From: a virus
Length of the DNA stretch: 64,000 nt
IMG/VR virus record: IMGVR_UViG_3300033049_000013
Coordinates: 23,217 to 87,216 of that record
Strand: one strand, 5' to 3'
A program made the translations under genes and the position numbers. Every line of letters starts with the position of its first letter. The stretch's first letter is position 1. A model generated the notes under the pieces. It did not search any database. It saw only the letters and a list, made by a program, of their open reading frames with translations, and was not told the origin of the DNA. Below, one piece after another: positions 19,074 through 30,125 of this stretch.

Positions 19074-22000
19074 TTATCTTATAGATAAGTTAGTTAAGAA
19101 CGTCATTATCTCTGTTTTGATTTTATAGTCTGCATCAGTATTATTAAAAAATAATCTAACTGCTACATATTTATCTCTAAATCTAGCCTGCTTATAAATA
19201 GACTTTGTACCATCCACACTTAGCGGATTTATAACTCTATCTAAGTAACCTTGTCCTTCTGTATTAAAGGAAGTTTGTAAATTACTCCAGTTAGAAGTAA
19301 AGAAAGGAATACTACCATTTGTTACTTCATCCCTAAATCTATTAAATCTCCAGTAATTTTCTGTCCTATCTATTAAAGTTTGTGTTAGAGGTAACGTAAT
19401 ATTTTGATAACTGTTAGGTATTTTAACTATAAGGTTTCTTAAATTAGAACATTGTTTACCATTATACACGTAAAACCTATCAAAAGTAACATCTTCCACT
19501 CTATAAGAGTAGTCGGAGTCAGCCTCGTATATATAACTATCTGTTACAAATTGTGTACTATAATAAACCTTTTCTGTAGCAGGTGATTGGTCTAAACTAA
19601 TATCTATAATGTGGTCATACTTTACACCATAGTAGGTTTGAAAGTTTCTTTCTATATGTTTCCAGACTACTGTATTATTATCAGTTCTATTTATAAAACT
19701 GTAGAAGTTAGTATTGTCATGGTACATATAATTTGGTTGATAGCTATGGAAGCTTACCCAAAAATTACCATCTAATGAATAACTCATAGTCCAACTTTTA
19801 TTCTCAAACCATGCAGTGTCATTCATACCTATTTCTACAAATTCTGAACCATTCCAGTAATGCCATGCGATGTAATCAAATTCATCGAATATTGCATATA
19901 GAGTATTAACTACTCCGCTTACTGGTAAAGTACCTAAATAGCCTCCAAATAATATAGTATTATTATCATCATCTGTTGCACGAATTAAATAATCCTTTTT
20001 ATGTAATACAATTCTATTCATTCTAGCATCATAAACAGCTTGGAATCCTACAGAGTTATCTGTGGAAGTACCACGTACTGTATATTCAATACCAGCAGTT
20101 AGCATATAAAATTGATTAATAAATTCTAAAGATAAATTTGAGTGAAACCATTGTTCCATTCCTAGTTTAGATACTTCATTTAATCCTTTACCAAATAAGA
20201 ATATTCTACCACCAGCTTCATCTACATAGAATGTACCGTATTGCGTCCCTACGACAGTGTATTGACTACCTGAACCTCCATATCCATATTGTACAGAAAC
20301 AAGTCTCTGCGGTGGAATAGAACCTATTTGTCCTGTTCCTATGAAAATAGTGGCTGCATTACTATCTAATTGTTGAGGTCTAGTCTGTACTGAAAATAAT
20401 GCTTTCTCAGTATGTACATATAATTGATCTTTTTCTAAGAACATTGCAGTAATAGGACCAGATTCACTAGGAATAGGAAATTTATTATTAGGCAATATTA
20501 TTTTAAAATTATCAGCAATATCTTGAGCTTGTCCAGGAATTGAGTAGTAGATACTATTCGGTTCTCTTCCACTACAATCATCACAGTAATTATAATTATC
20601 TGATACAGGGAAACTAGGAGTCTCATTATTTTGTTTACCAAAGTCTTTATTGTAATCATACTTAAATTCTCTGTAACCAAAGTTTGCTTCACTTACTTCT
20701 GTAGTATTAGTTAGCTCCACATCAGACCATAAAGTATCTTTATTGAAAGTTGAGCCACTTCTACCTACATTAAGATGGGTAAACCTATCAAAATATTTAG
20801 GAGCATATTCAGATTCTGGTACTGCTGAATGTGCTAAAGAACTATTAATATTATCCGACTCTACAAAACCTTCCATAGATGATGCATTTGATTTCATATT
20901 ATTAAGGTAATCACCATCACCTGAGATTTTAGACCATGTTTTAACATTTCTTACTTTAGTAATAAAAGTATCTCCACCTTTAATAAGTTCATCATTAAAT
21001 ATAGCAGTACGAGGTATAAAACAAGTGTTCAATCGTAAGTATGTAATATTCTCTAAAAACCCAAACACATCTGTATTATTTTTTATAGACACATAGAAGT
21101 TAGATACACTATGTCCTCTTAAGGCATCTTGTGCATCATCTACACTAGATTTTTTATATCCGTAAATAATATCACTTACTTGACTTAATGCAGGATTCAT
21201 TACCATAGGAAAAGGTAATTTAGTTTGATAGAAACTAGCTACTTGCCCAAATGAATCTGTAGTTAATTGTGTAGGGATTGAAAACTGTGCAGCCCCACCA
21301 ATTGAATGCCAGGGTACAATTGCTGCTCCCCTAATTTCTCTTTGAAATCCTAAGTATGCTAAATCTGTAGGTATTAATGTAGTGCTAGAACCTGGTGAAT
21401 TTGAATAAAGATTCTGAGCTACAGCAACATGATTGAAATCACAATGCGTATAGCTGTCGTAATAATTAGTTCTACCTAATAGTAAATCACCTAATTCTAA
21501 CTCTACTTGTTGCACAACAAATAATTCACGTTCTCCTGAATTTGCAGTTAAGTTAGATGGATGATAACTCATTACAGGACATTCTATTTTAATGAAATCT
21601 CCTGACGGTACACTTAAATCAAAGACGGTTGAAGGTGAAACGTACTCCACAAAATTACTTTCTGTCCCATGGAAGTGGTCATTGTCTGATGCAGAAAATC
21701 CTATGTCTGGTCTAAAATCTGGATTACTACTGTATCCATAACCATCATAAGTAGGTAATGAACTAGTAAAAGATATGTCTGCTCTAATGCCATCACTAAT
21801 TGTATAAGAATCTTCACGTATCCTACCTACTGGAGGTACACCTGGAAGTCCTGGTAATAGAGCAAAATCATAAGTAAAGAATCCTGTAAGTAAATTAAAT
21901 TTTATTTCTGGAAACCATATACGTGCATATCCACCTGCATTAGCTAAAGCAAAAGCCCTAGTATAAAATGTAGGTACATAGTTATTTCTCCACATGTATC

Positions 22001-24368
22001 CTTTATCTATAATGGTCTTATTTTCAGGAGTTCGTTTACCATACACAATATAATGCCCACGTATGCTATTTCTTAATTTTGTAGGCATATTAGCATACAC
22101 CTCAGTCATATCGACTATTAGACCTATCTTATTTAAAGCTATTCGCCTAAATACATTTGGATCTACAGTAGAAGGTATATTGTTAGTTGTTACCCAATCT
22201 CTTGTAGTTAATCCCATTTGATTTTCTTGATAGCCATAAACACCTGCATCTCCTCCACAATCAGGTATTCTATGATGTCTTATTGGTTGTCCTACTAAAT
22301 TAGCTCCACCAATACTAGTAGCATCAAATACTGGTACTCCACTACAATCTTTATTAGTAGTGTATATATTATTAGAATGTTCATAATATCCCATATAACC
22401 TTCTATAGTAGTATCCGTATTAGTACCCGTGGTTACAAAAGTATTATGTACTTTCCATCTAGGTATTGCTGTACAATCTAGAAAATCAAAACTACTTTCA
22501 TTTAGGAATAAACCAACATTTCCACCAGCAACATATACATCAACTCTACTACCTCCTGTTATTTCATGGTAAGAAACACCAACAGTATTACCTGATGTAG
22601 ACACTCCATCTGAATCATAATAGAATATCTGTAAACACATAATGTTTTTAGAAACATCGTTATATGAAAAACCTAATGTATTATCAGCAGTAGTTAAGAA
22701 TTTGAAGGTTGTATCTACAAAATAAGAATCTCCTCCTCCTAGTATAGTAATACGAACGAGTGCTCTATCATTTGTGTCCAGAGCAAGTGTAAATTCACCT
22801 GTACTACCTGTAAGTAAACTAACTGTGAATGTAGTACTAAATTTAGCAGAAGTTTCATTTACTTCAGTACACGCTAATGTATCTAATAAATGAGTTACAT
22901 TACTATAACCTACTCTAGTATCTTCATCTCCACTTTGTATTTCTGCATCAGGAGTAATTGTTAACGGTCGGTCATCCCATCTATTTACTAATGGTAAGTT
23001 ACCTCGTGAGATGTGTATATTCCTGCTATTCAAGTTAGCAATAGGAGTTAAGTCATTACCATCGAAGTCTTCATTTAAAGGTCTACCAGGCGTATGTACT
23101 GCTGGCAATTCTGTACCATTATTAAGAACAAACACTGTACCTAGAGATATAATCTCATCTCTCATATGTGTTTTACCATCAAAAATTATAACACTATTTC
23201 TATCTGCAAATTCTTGACCTACATTAGGAGATTTACTATTAACAACATAGTCTTTATACATTCTCCATTTAGTCTTAGCTCTCAAGTTAGTTCTTTGTAG
23301 TACTGCTAAGTCTTCATTTAAATTAGCTACATTTCCTAATAATAATCTATTATCAATAATTTCGTGTGCTCTTACACCAGTAAATGGTATTATTGGCACA
23401 GTTACTTCAGATAAACTAGATATAGTATGACTAGTACTATCAAATCCTAAATAAGTATACTCGGCAGTACCAATGTTATTATCTACAACAATAGGTATAC
23501 TATCCAATATAAATACTTCGTCAATATTGCTTGTACCTTGTATAGCAGATAATACAGCTAGTTGTACAAATCTAAATGTAGGATCTAAATCAGTTAAATT
23601 CAATTTAATACTTTTGTTAGTAATAGTATCTATTGATTCTCCATCCGCAATATTACTGTTTGTAGATTCTGTGTATACAAATATAGGGTAACTAGCAGGA
23701 GACCAGTTAGTCCCATTACGTTGACTATCTAAGTACCTCATTACGAATTGATGGCTACCACTAGGTATAGAACCTCCAGCATCTCTTACTACTTCTAACT
23801 TTAAACATCCAGGATTAAAAGATAAGAAGTGATTAAATTTATCACAATTCCAAGCTGTTAAATAGTTAGTACCTAGATTGGCAGTATCTATTGTAAATAA
23901 TGGATTTCCATTACTATCCAATGCTAAGTAACTATCTAAGTTATCTAAGTTAAGCGCTTTGTACGAAGTTATACCATCAGTGAAATAAACTATTCGCTCA
24001 CATCCTCCTACAATTCTAGCTCTAGTAGTTAATTGTCTATGGCTTTTAAATCCAATACAATTAGTTTTAACGGATACTGCAAAATCACAATTCATAGGGT
24101 CATGAATACCTATAATAGAATCTGTATCATTTGTAAAAAATAGTACAAACTTATTATCAGGTAGTATTTGTGCTCCGATTAACGTATAGTTATCTTCACT
24201 GTAATTGATACATATTTCATTACCTACTTCATTAGTTATAGATGAAGCATCTCCATCCCAAGAACCAAATAAAGCATTTAATGCAAAATTCCATGTACCT
24301 TTAGGTTGTTGCTTAGGACTCGCTTGTGTGAACATTCCTTTTACTAAAGGAGTCGATTCTTTTTTCAT
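19074..24368 (-). CDS. Tail muzzle / stabilization protein (crAss-like), 1764 aa
   Basis: N-terminus KGMFTQASPKQQPKGTWNFALNA and SITNEVGN, motif IVYFTDG, and WTMSYSLDGNFWVSFHSYQP near the C-terminus resemble P22 gp10-like stabilization proteins of crAss-like phages; beta-rich; synteny. Confidence 0.75.
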   Translation of the reverse strand: MKKESTPLVKGMFTQASPKQQPKGTWNFALNALFGSWDGDASSITNEVGNEICINYSEDNYTLIGAQILPDNKFVLFFTNDTDSIIGIHDPMNCDFAVSVKTNCIGFKSHRQLTTRARIVGGCERIVYFTDGITSYKALNLDNLDSYLALDSNGNPLFTIDTANLGTNYLTAWNCDKFNHFLSFNPGCLKLEVVRDAGGSIPSGSHQFVMRYLDSQRNGTNWSPASYPIFVYTESTNSNIADGESIDTITNKSIKLNLTDLDPTFRFVQLAVLSAIQGTSNIDEVFILDSIPIVVDNNIGTAEYTYLGFDSTSHTISSLSEVTVPIIPFTGVRAHEIIDNRLLLGNVANLNEDLAVLQRTNLRAKTKWRMYKDYVVNSKSPNVGQEFADRNSVIIFDGKTHMRDEIISLGTVFVLNNGTELPAVHTPGRPLNEDFDGNDLTPIANLNSRNIHISRGNLPLVNRWDDRPLTITPDAEIQSGDEDTRVGYSNVTHLLDTLACTEVNETSAKFSTTFTVSLLTGSTGEFTLALDTNDRALVRITILGGGDSYFVDTTFKFLTTADNTLGFSYNDVSKNIMCLQIFYYDSDGVSTSGNTVGVSYHEITGGSRVDVYVAGGNVGLFLNESSFDFLDCTAIPRWKVHNTFVTTGTNTDTTIEGYMGYYEHSNNIYTTNKDCSGVPVFDATSIGGANLVGQPIRHHRIPDCGGDAGVYGYQENQMGLTTRDWVTTNNIPSTVDPNVFRRIALNKIGLIVDMTEVYANMPTKLRNSIRGHYIVYGKRTPENKTIIDKGYMWRNNYVPTFYTRAFALANAGGYARIWFPEIKFNLLTGFFTYDFALLPGLPGVPPVGRIREDSYTISDGIRADISFTSSLPTYDGYGYSSNPDFRPDIGFSASDNDHFHGTESNFVEYVSPSTVFDLSVPSGDFIKIECPVMSYHPSNLTANSGERELFVVQQVELELGDLLLGRTNYYDSYTHCDFNHVAVAQNLYSNSPGSSTTLIPTDLAYLGFQREIRGAAIVPWHSIGGAAQFSIPTQLTTDSFGQVASFYQTKLPFPMVMNPALSQVSDIIYGYKKSSVDDAQDALRGHSVSNFYVSIKNNTDVFGFLENITYLRLNTCFIPRTAIFNDELIKGGDTFITKVRNVKTWSKISGDGDYLNNMKSNASSMEGFVESDNINSSLAHSAVPESEYAPKYFDRFTHLNVGRSGSTFNKDTLWSDVELTNTTEVSEANFGYREFKYDYNKDFGKQNNETPSFPVSDNYNYCDDCSGREPNSIYYSIPGQAQDIADNFKIILPNNKFPIPSESGPITAMFLEKDQLYVHTEKALFSVQTRPQQLDSNAATIFIGTGQIGSIPPQRLVSVQYGYGGSGSQYTVVGTQYGTFYVDEAGGRIFLFGKGLNEVSKLGMEQWFHSNLSLEFINQFYMLTAGIEYTVRGTSTDNSVGFQAVYDARMNRIVLHKKDYLIRATDDDNNTILFGGYLGTLPVSGVVNTLYAIFDEFDYIAWHYWNGSEFVEIGMNDTAWFENKSWTMSYSLDGNFWVSFHSYQPNYMYHDNTNFYSFINRTDNNTVVWKHIERNFQTYYGVKYDHIIDISLDQSPATEKVYYSTQFVTDSYIYEADSDYSYRVEDVTFDRFYVYNGKQCSNLRNLIVKIPNSYQNITLPLTQTLIDRTENYWRFNRFRDEVTNGSIPFFTSNWSNLQTSFNTEGQGYLDRVINPLSVDGTKSIYKQARFRDKYVAVRLFFNNTDADYKIKTEIMTFLTNLSIR

Positions 24369-24382
24369 ATTTATTTATCTAT

Positions 24383-25420
24383 TTAATATCTGCTTCCTGT
24401 ATGTGGTCTAGGATAATTATAATTTTGGAATGAATTATATCGTGTTGGATTATTAAAGTGCATAGTTTCAGTGTTATTCAATGCACCCATTGCAGTAGCA
24501 AATGGTGAATCTTCTTTTATAAATTTATTCATGTTACGAATATTTTGACTTTGTATTAAGTCAGGCATCATTAATGCCGCACTAGCTTTAGGTCCCAATA
24601 ATTCAAATTCATGTGAAAATTGTTGATACTTTTGTTGAGCACCTGACACATTCCCTGTATTATATTTCCATTTCCAATACTTTTTAAGTACAGCAGCTTC
24701 AAGTGCATCACTTACATACTCATAGTCGGCATATAAGAACTCACCTTCATCATTAGTAGGAATGCCTGTATATGCCATACATAACTGTCCTCGTTCAAAT
24801 GTTGTAACCACACATCCATTTTGTATACTAAATGCAGGTTCACAATTTCTATAAACTTGACTAGGCGCACCTAATAATACACTATTATGGAATACATTAG
24901 AAGCTAATCTTAACGGTTTCCAATCTGTACTGGAACTAAAATCACTAGGATAGTATAACTGATCTTCTGTTAAATTTTTATCTAGTTTTCCTTTAATTAC
25001 ACCTATATCACTACCACTATTAATCTTTACATTAGTTCTAGTTATCTCGGTAGTAACCGTAGTCTTAGTTATAGTATCTGTAGTCTTACCTGTACTAAGA
25101 TCCTTAGAAGTCTCAAATTCTACGTTCTGGTTACTAAAAGGATTAGTTCTAGGTCTATTACCCATATCAGAATCAAACTCCCTGTAAAGTACCATTTCTA
25201 GACGATAAAGACCATCAGGTAGAGGCGCTTTATTATTGAATACTTCTTTGTAGTCTATACCCACTTCATATATCTCTCTTGGTGCAATAGATTCATAAGC
25301 TTGGTATGCCCATTCTTCTAACTTATCTACACTCATAGAGTCTTTAGGTAAGTACTCTATAACTCTAGCAGCTATTGCCTTTAATGGGGCAGTTCTTACA
25401 TTTTTTAAATAGTTACTCAT
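24383..25420 (-). CDS. Tail tubular / ring protein, 345 aa
   Basis: FSIQNGCVVTTFERGQLCMAYTGIPTNDEGEFLY matches the tail-tubular pattern of crAss-like phages; directly upstream of the muzzle-like gene. Confidence 0.7.
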   Translation of the reverse strand: MSNYLKNVRTAPLKAIAARVIEYLPKDSMSVDKLEEWAYQAYESIAPREIYEVGIDYKEVFNNKAPLPDGLYRLEMVLYREFDSDMGNRPRTNPFSNQNVEFETSKDLSTGKTTDTITKTTVTTEITRTNVKINSGSDIGVIKGKLDKNLTEDQLYYPSDFSSSTDWKPLRLASNVFHNSVLLGAPSQVYRNCEPAFSIQNGCVVTTFERGQLCMAYTGIPTNDEGEFLYADYEYVSDALEAAVLKKYWKWKYNTGNVSGAQQKYQQFSHEFELLGPKASAALMMPDLIQSQNIRNMNKFIKEDSPFATAMGALNNTETMHFNNPTRYNSFQNYNYPRPHTGSRY

Positions 25421-25938
25421 TATTTATTTTTTAAATAAGGATTAAATATACTATACATCCTAAATCCTTTTTCTTTAAAGAATGGTATCAATGATACTTT
25501 AGGATTATTTTTATTATAACTATTAGGTCTAATATTAGGTCTAGTCATTTTAAAATAGAATTTCATCTTATTCCTAAAATTAGCTTTCTTTCTAGACCAA
25601 TAGACCTTTGGTACAAAACCTCTAGTTACTCTATTAGTATGATATACTGTTTTTTTATTATCAGGATTATCTTTATTGTGTTTACCATAAGTTATCTTAG
25701 TTTGATTATAATCTATTTGCTTATTTTTTTGCAAATATTTAACTATTCTAAGCATACCTAATCTATTTGGTAAGTCAATTCCTTGTCCTGTAGTAATTAA
25801 TTCGTAAGACAGTTCTTCTCCTATACTTTTAATTACTTTATTATATTCTTTTTTGGTTAAGTAAAGTTTATGTTCCCTACTATACTTATCTCTATAACTC
25901 GAATAAGATTCTAAAACGCTAATTCTTCTTTCTTCCAT
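25420..25938 (-). CDS. IHF/HU-like basic DNA-binding protein, 172 aa
   Basis: LTKKEYNKVIKSI...GIDLPNRLGMLRIVK...IDYNQTK; basic; conserved crAss-like position before the ring gene. Confidence 0.7.
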   Translation of the reverse strand: MEERRISVLESYSSYRDKYSREHKLYLTKKEYNKVIKSIGEELSYELITTGQGIDLPNRLGMLRIVKYLQKNKQIDYNQTKITYGKHNKDNPDNKKTVYHTNRVTRGFVPKVYWSRKKANFRNKMKFYFKMTRPNIRPNSYNKNNPKVSLIPFFKEKGFRMYSIFNPYLKNK

Positions 25939-25941
25939 GTA

Positions 25942-26634
25942 TTAAAAGGTTTGATTAGGTGGAGTACTTCCTGCATTATTACTTCTATCTTCAGGCATTT
26001 GGTCGGTACGCAGTAGTAGTTTAAATACCTCCTCTCTAATTAGCATCCTCTCTGATACTCTAGTACCAAATGATGCATCAATTACTCCAGTACAATTATT
26101 TGCAGAACAAGCACTAGCCATTTCAGCAGCTACAGGGTCTAAGAATATCCCCTTTATTTTAATTGCTCGTAGTCTTTGTTGTGGTATATTAAATACACCA
26201 AACTTATTCTTCATCCTAATGTAGTAATAGTTATTCTTACCTGTCTTTCTAAACTTCCTTAATCTATGTTTTGCTTCAGTAACAGGAGCAATTTCTCTAC
26301 CATCAATAGTAGATACTCTAATTATTTCCGTATTACCATCAAACATACCACCAGGAATATCTTTACATGTCTTCAATATCTCACATCCTGCAGGAATATC
26401 TAAACAATCATCACACTCATGGTAACTATCTGTACATAATGTAAGACAGATAGTTTGATAAATATCATCAGGAAATTCTTTATTCTTCTCTAGTCTACGT
26501 TCCATTATTAAGCCTCTAGCTTCTAATAGTGCCATGTAGATTTGCTCATCAGTAAAGTTAGAATCATCACTTACTTCACGTAAATTCTGTCTAACGAAAT
26601 CAATATGACTTCTTACTAAATCGTATTTACTCAT
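25942..26634 (-). CDS. Tail ring-type structural protein, 230 aa
   Basis: SDDSNFTDEQI near the N-terminus, IKIKGIFLDP, C-terminal PEDRSNN; synteny with crAss-like ring proteins. Confidence 0.6.
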   Translation of the reverse strand: MSKYDLVRSHIDFVRQNLREVSDDSNFTDEQIYMALLEARGLIMERRLEKNKEFPDDIYQTICLTLCTDSYHECDDCLDIPAGCEILKTCKDIPGGMFDGNTEIIRVSTIDGREIAPVTEAKHRLRKFRKTGKNNYYYIRMKNKFGVFNIPQQRLRAIKIKGIFLDPVAAEMASACSANNCTGVIDASFGTRVSERMLIREEVFKLLLRTDQMPEDRSNNAGSTPPNQTF

Positions 26635-26653
26635 TCGTATAGTTTTATATTAT

Positions 26654-26696
26654 AAAGAAAGGTATTAAGGTTCTTTACCCTAATACCTTTTGTTTT
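26654..26696 (-). terminator. Intrinsic terminator
   Basis: Minus strand AAAGGTATTAGGG-TAAAGAA-CCTTAATACCTTT then CTTT. Confidence 0.7.
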
Positions 26697-26731
26697 ACTT
26701 CAATATACAATAAAGCTAAGTAGCTTGTATA

Positions 26732-27295
26732 TTATTTTTCATTTTTAGAATCACTGTTTTTTGTAGTATTACAATGTTTTGATTTTTCTATTTTAGTTAT
26801 AATTTTATTTTCTAATATCTTAGTTATAATATCCAAGAAAGTAAATAGTCTTGGTTTATTACCAAATCGCCTTTCTAAATTCTCACCAATTGAATGCCAT
26901 TCCCAAAGGAATATTAACGAGAATATCAGAATTCTGATATTAGAAATTAACCATGTACTTAATGTGTATCCGTTGTCTTCTAATTGTCCCTGTAGTAGGG
27001 CTGCAAAGCAAAGAAACATAAAGTATGATATAAACTTGTGTACACTTCTTAATCCTTTAGCAGAGGTCAATTTAGAGCCTTCATACTTAGATGCAATAAT
27101 GCCTGTTATAAAATCGAATAGAAGTAGTAACGATAAGAAAGTCAATATACCCATACTAAAGCCTAAAAACTTAATATTCATCATATCTGACATACTATTT
27201 ATAAAAGGAGCAAGTGTAAACCCAAATAGTAATATTGCTTTGTTACCAAATACATGGTTTACTACATCACTAAAATATAGTATAGTTAATTTCAT
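26732..27295 (-). CDS. Holin (Phage_holin_4_1-like), 187 aa
   Basis: Several TM segments; DFITGIIASK...TSAKG...WEWHSIGENL family pattern; basic C-terminus. Confidence 0.75.
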   Translation of the reverse strand: MKLTILYFSDVVNHVFGNKAILLFGFTLAPFINSMSDMMNIKFLGFSMGILTFLSLLLLFDFITGIIASKYEGSKLTSAKGLRSVHKFISYFMFLCFAALLQGQLEDNGYTLSTWLISNIRILIFSLIFLWEWHSIGENLERRFGNKPRLFTFLDIITKILENKIITKIEKSKHCNTTKNSDSKNEK

Positions 27296-27765
27296 TTTCT
27301 AATAGCATCTTTTATTAAGAATATAAATGAAAAGATAAGTCCTAATCCTGCTAAGACTGCATCGAATATAAAAAAGTTACCTCCTAAGTCGAATATTAAA
27401 TGTAAAATGTTTAATACATTCAATAAAATTAATGTTCCTATACTTACTTTTGAGTATACACAGAAATTGTGATGCAAAGCGTAGAATAAGAAAAATAGGC
27501 TAGTAATAAGTGAACCTCCAACTGTTAATCCAAATAGGTTATGAATACTTCTATATGTAGTTGCACCATAGAAATATACTAAACCAGAAGAGATTAAAGA
27601 AAAAAGCAACATGATAAAAGGAGTAGCCATTACGCATGTAGCAGCTAATTTTTTATACTTGCTTGTACTTGAAACTGTTCCATCAGGTTTAGCAAGCCTT
27701 GATGATTTAGGTTTCGAAGGTTTTGTTGGTACTGGTTTAAGTGTACCTGTTGCTGGTATTGACAT
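27292..27765 (-). CDS. Four-TM membrane protein, 157 aa, overlapping the holin start
   Basis: Basic N-terminus then four hydrophobic segments; 4-nt overlap with the holin gene. Confidence 0.6.
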   Translation of the reverse strand: MSIPATGTLKPVPTKPSKPKSSRLAKPDGTVSSTSKYKKLAATCVMATPFIMLLFSLISSGLVYFYGATTYRSIHNLFGLTVGGSLITSLFFLFYALHHNFCVYSKVSIGTLILLNVLNILHLIFDLGGNFFIFDAVLAGLGLIFSFIFLIKDAIRK

Positions 27766-27777
27766 ATTTTATTCAAT

Positions 27778-28254
27778 TTATGATAATTTAATAGATCTTT
27801 CTTCTAAGTCACCTCCTAGAGATGTAAAGGTAGTAGTTGTTGTTGTTAAGTTAAATGAAACTGTTGCTCCAATTACTGCATTTGCAGCTATATAAATAGG
27901 AGTTGTTCCAATAGGTGCGTTACCTTGATTAGCTATAATTAATATGTCTGATATAGGAATAGTTGTTGCACCTGCAACTCCCGATGCAAAGTTTACAGAA
28001 ATATGTAATTTAGTATATCCTAGTTCTACATATTCTAATAACGTATTTCCTAGTATACTAGCACTACTGTCTCCATCAGCAATAGTATCTGAACTATCAT
28101 CTTGAGCACCTACTATCATTGGTAATAATAATTCTTTAAAATAAAGATTTCTTACAAATGTATGTATTGCTACTGGATTTGCATATTTTAATATTGAATC
28201 TTTTTTTCCAGAAGGTAATGTCCTTCCTGATACAAATAATTTTAATCTTGCCAT
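27778..28254 (-). CDS. Putative virion fibre/decoration protein, 158 aa
   Basis: N-terminal ~40 aa shared with 32424..32690 (IHTFV motif); beta-rich C-terminus. Confidence 0.45.
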   Translation of the reverse strand: MARLKLFVSGRTLPSGKKDSILKYANPVAIHTFVRNLYFKELLLPMIVGAQDDSSDTIADGDSSASILGNTLLEYVELGYTKLHISVNFASGVAGATTIPISDILIIANQGNAPIGTTPIYIAANAVIGATVSFNLTTTTTTFTSLGGDLEERSIKLS

Positions 28255-28294
28255 TAGTTAATTGTTTATTGTTTATGTTTATTTTTTAGTATAC

Positions 28295-29575
28295 CTATGG
28301 TACATCATTTACAATATCTGCACTTGTCATGTTAACCATTGTAAAATCAATACTACCAACACTATCTAATAAAGTAGGATAAGTGTCATCATCGCCCATT
28401 CTCCACCAATTATCAGGAGAGCTTAGAAGTGTAGTTAAATTAAATGGTATACCTGAATTGTATATACTTGAAACATTAGTAGTTTCATCAGATGCCCATA
28501 AAGCAACTTCATCAACTAAACAGTTGTTACGTAAATAATCACTTGATGTTCCATTCCTTCCTAATCTAAAATACTCGTCTTTGATACTTCCAGCCCATCC
28601 ATCGTTATTATGATCTGTATTCAGACTTTGACTAACTCCATTAATAAATATGTCAAATCTACTATAATAATCATTTAAATCATTCTGATCTTGACCTGTA
28701 GTTCCTCCATCATAAGTAACTATGATTTGATTCCAAACTCCTTGTACTATTCCATTATTAGGTGTTTCAAATTCTAAATAGTTATTATTAGTACCATATC
28801 TCAGTCTTATATGTTTATCACCCCCACTACCATCATACCATAATTGTACACGACCTTCATTGCTTTGATCAGATCCACCGAACATTAGTATAGTTTGTTC
28901 ACTATTACCAGAGGTTCCAGCTTTAAACCATAAAGCTATAGTCCAAGCATCTGATACACCTGTACCATTTGAAGGTCTGTAAAGTGGATTTGATGTATTA
29001 GCAGTAGCATCACAGTAGTCGTTATTATTAAATTTAACTGACTTTGTATTTGCAAAAGGTGGATTACTTACTGTTAATGTAAGTGTTTCTGAATCTTGAC
29101 CATTATAGTTAATTGCAATCATAGTTATGATATAAGTCCCTGCTATTAATGAAGCACCTCCAATTAGTTTTCTAACATTACCTTCTACAGTAGTTACGCC
29201 TGATGGTAAATTAACCCATTCATAACCTACTCCATGAGTAGCTACTAGTTCATAGTTTAAAATTCCTCCTTGTACTAAATTAACAGTGGTAATACTAGTG
29301 ATTACAGGTAATTCTGTAGTACCTGTACCAGAACTTTGGAAAATACTATTTAATTCGTTAACTACTTCAACATCATTAACCCCATAAGGATTATTATTTT
29401 CATCCACAAATTCTGAGTACAGAACATTAGATACTAAGCTAATTCCTTTAGATAAGTCTATTACATCAATATTAGGAAATAGATTTATAGCTTGTAACGA
29501 GTTTAGAAATTGAACTCCATTACTATCTTCTATATAGATAGCATTAGCATTGGAATCTTTATATATTTTTATCAT
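28295..29575 (-). CDS. LamG/concanavalin A-like lectin-domain fibre protein with Ig-like segment, 426 aa
   Basis: WTIALWFK, WNQIIVTYDG, FDIFING, VDEVALW, NWWRMGD are LamG_3-type motifs; PVITS...LPSGVT...GTYIITM is Ig-like. Confidence 0.75.
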   Translation of the reverse strand: MIKIYKDSNANAIYIEDSNGVQFLNSLQAINLFPNIDVIDLSKGISLVSNVLYSEFVDENNNPYGVNDVEVVNELNSIFQSSGTGTTELPVITSITTVNLVQGGILNYELVATHGVGYEWVNLPSGVTTVEGNVRKLIGGASLIAGTYIITMIAINYNGQDSETLTLTVSNPPFANTKSVKFNNNDYCDATANTSNPLYRPSNGTGVSDAWTIALWFKAGTSGNSEQTILMFGGSDQSNEGRVQLWYDGSGGDKHIRLRYGTNNNYLEFETPNNGIVQGVWNQIIVTYDGGTTGQDQNDLNDYYSRFDIFINGVSQSLNTDHNNDGWAGSIKDEYFRLGRNGTSSDYLRNNCLVDEVALWASDETTNVSSIYNSGIPFNLTTLLSSPDNWWRMGDDDTYPTLLDSVGSIDFTMVNMTSADIVNDVP

Positions 29576-29582
29576 ATTTTAA

Positions 29583-30107
29583 TTATCTTTTAATTACTTG
29601 AACTACACTTCCAAAATTAGTAACAGTACCATTAGTGGATAATCTTAACTGTAGTATTCCTGAATTAGCTTGAGTATTAACATCTCCTAAGTATATATAA
29701 TCTACACCTAATGTAAATCTATATGCTATACCACTTCCTGAATCTAATCTATCTACTCTTTTCATTAATTCATATGACCCTATACCTGTACCTAACGAGT
29801 ATCTTAATTCAAGTAATGCATTGTTTGTATTTGGAGTTACTTCGTAATCATTTCGTATTACTACTGCATCACCTACCTTTAATTCTGTAAAATCAAAATA
29901 GCCTGTAGATACATCTATCAACTCAGTTACTCCATCTGGAGGAAACAATTTATTAGTCTCTGTTCCAAGTCCATTATTAGTAAGTTCTGTCCATACATCA
30001 GTAGTTAAGCTAATAGCTGCCAATGTATTATGGTAATTAATAAATCCTGACTTATCTTTTTGCCTGTCTAACCCCATTTTTATTAGGGGATTATATTTTA
30101 AGCTCAT
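29583..30107 (-). CDS. Putative fibre-associated beta-sandwich protein, 174 aa
   Basis: ORF in the fibre cluster; beta-strand pattern. Confidence 0.4.
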   Translation of the reverse strand: MSLKYNPLIKMGLDRQKDKSGFINYHNTLAAISLTTDVWTELTNNGLGTETNKLFPPDGVTELIDVSTGYFDFTELKVGDAVVIRNDYEVTPNTNNALLELRYSLGTGIGSYELMKRVDRLDSGSGIAYRFTLGVDYIYLGDVNTQANSGILQLRLSTNGTVTNFGSVVQVIKR

Positions 30108-30125
30108 TATTTTATTTTTTTGTTG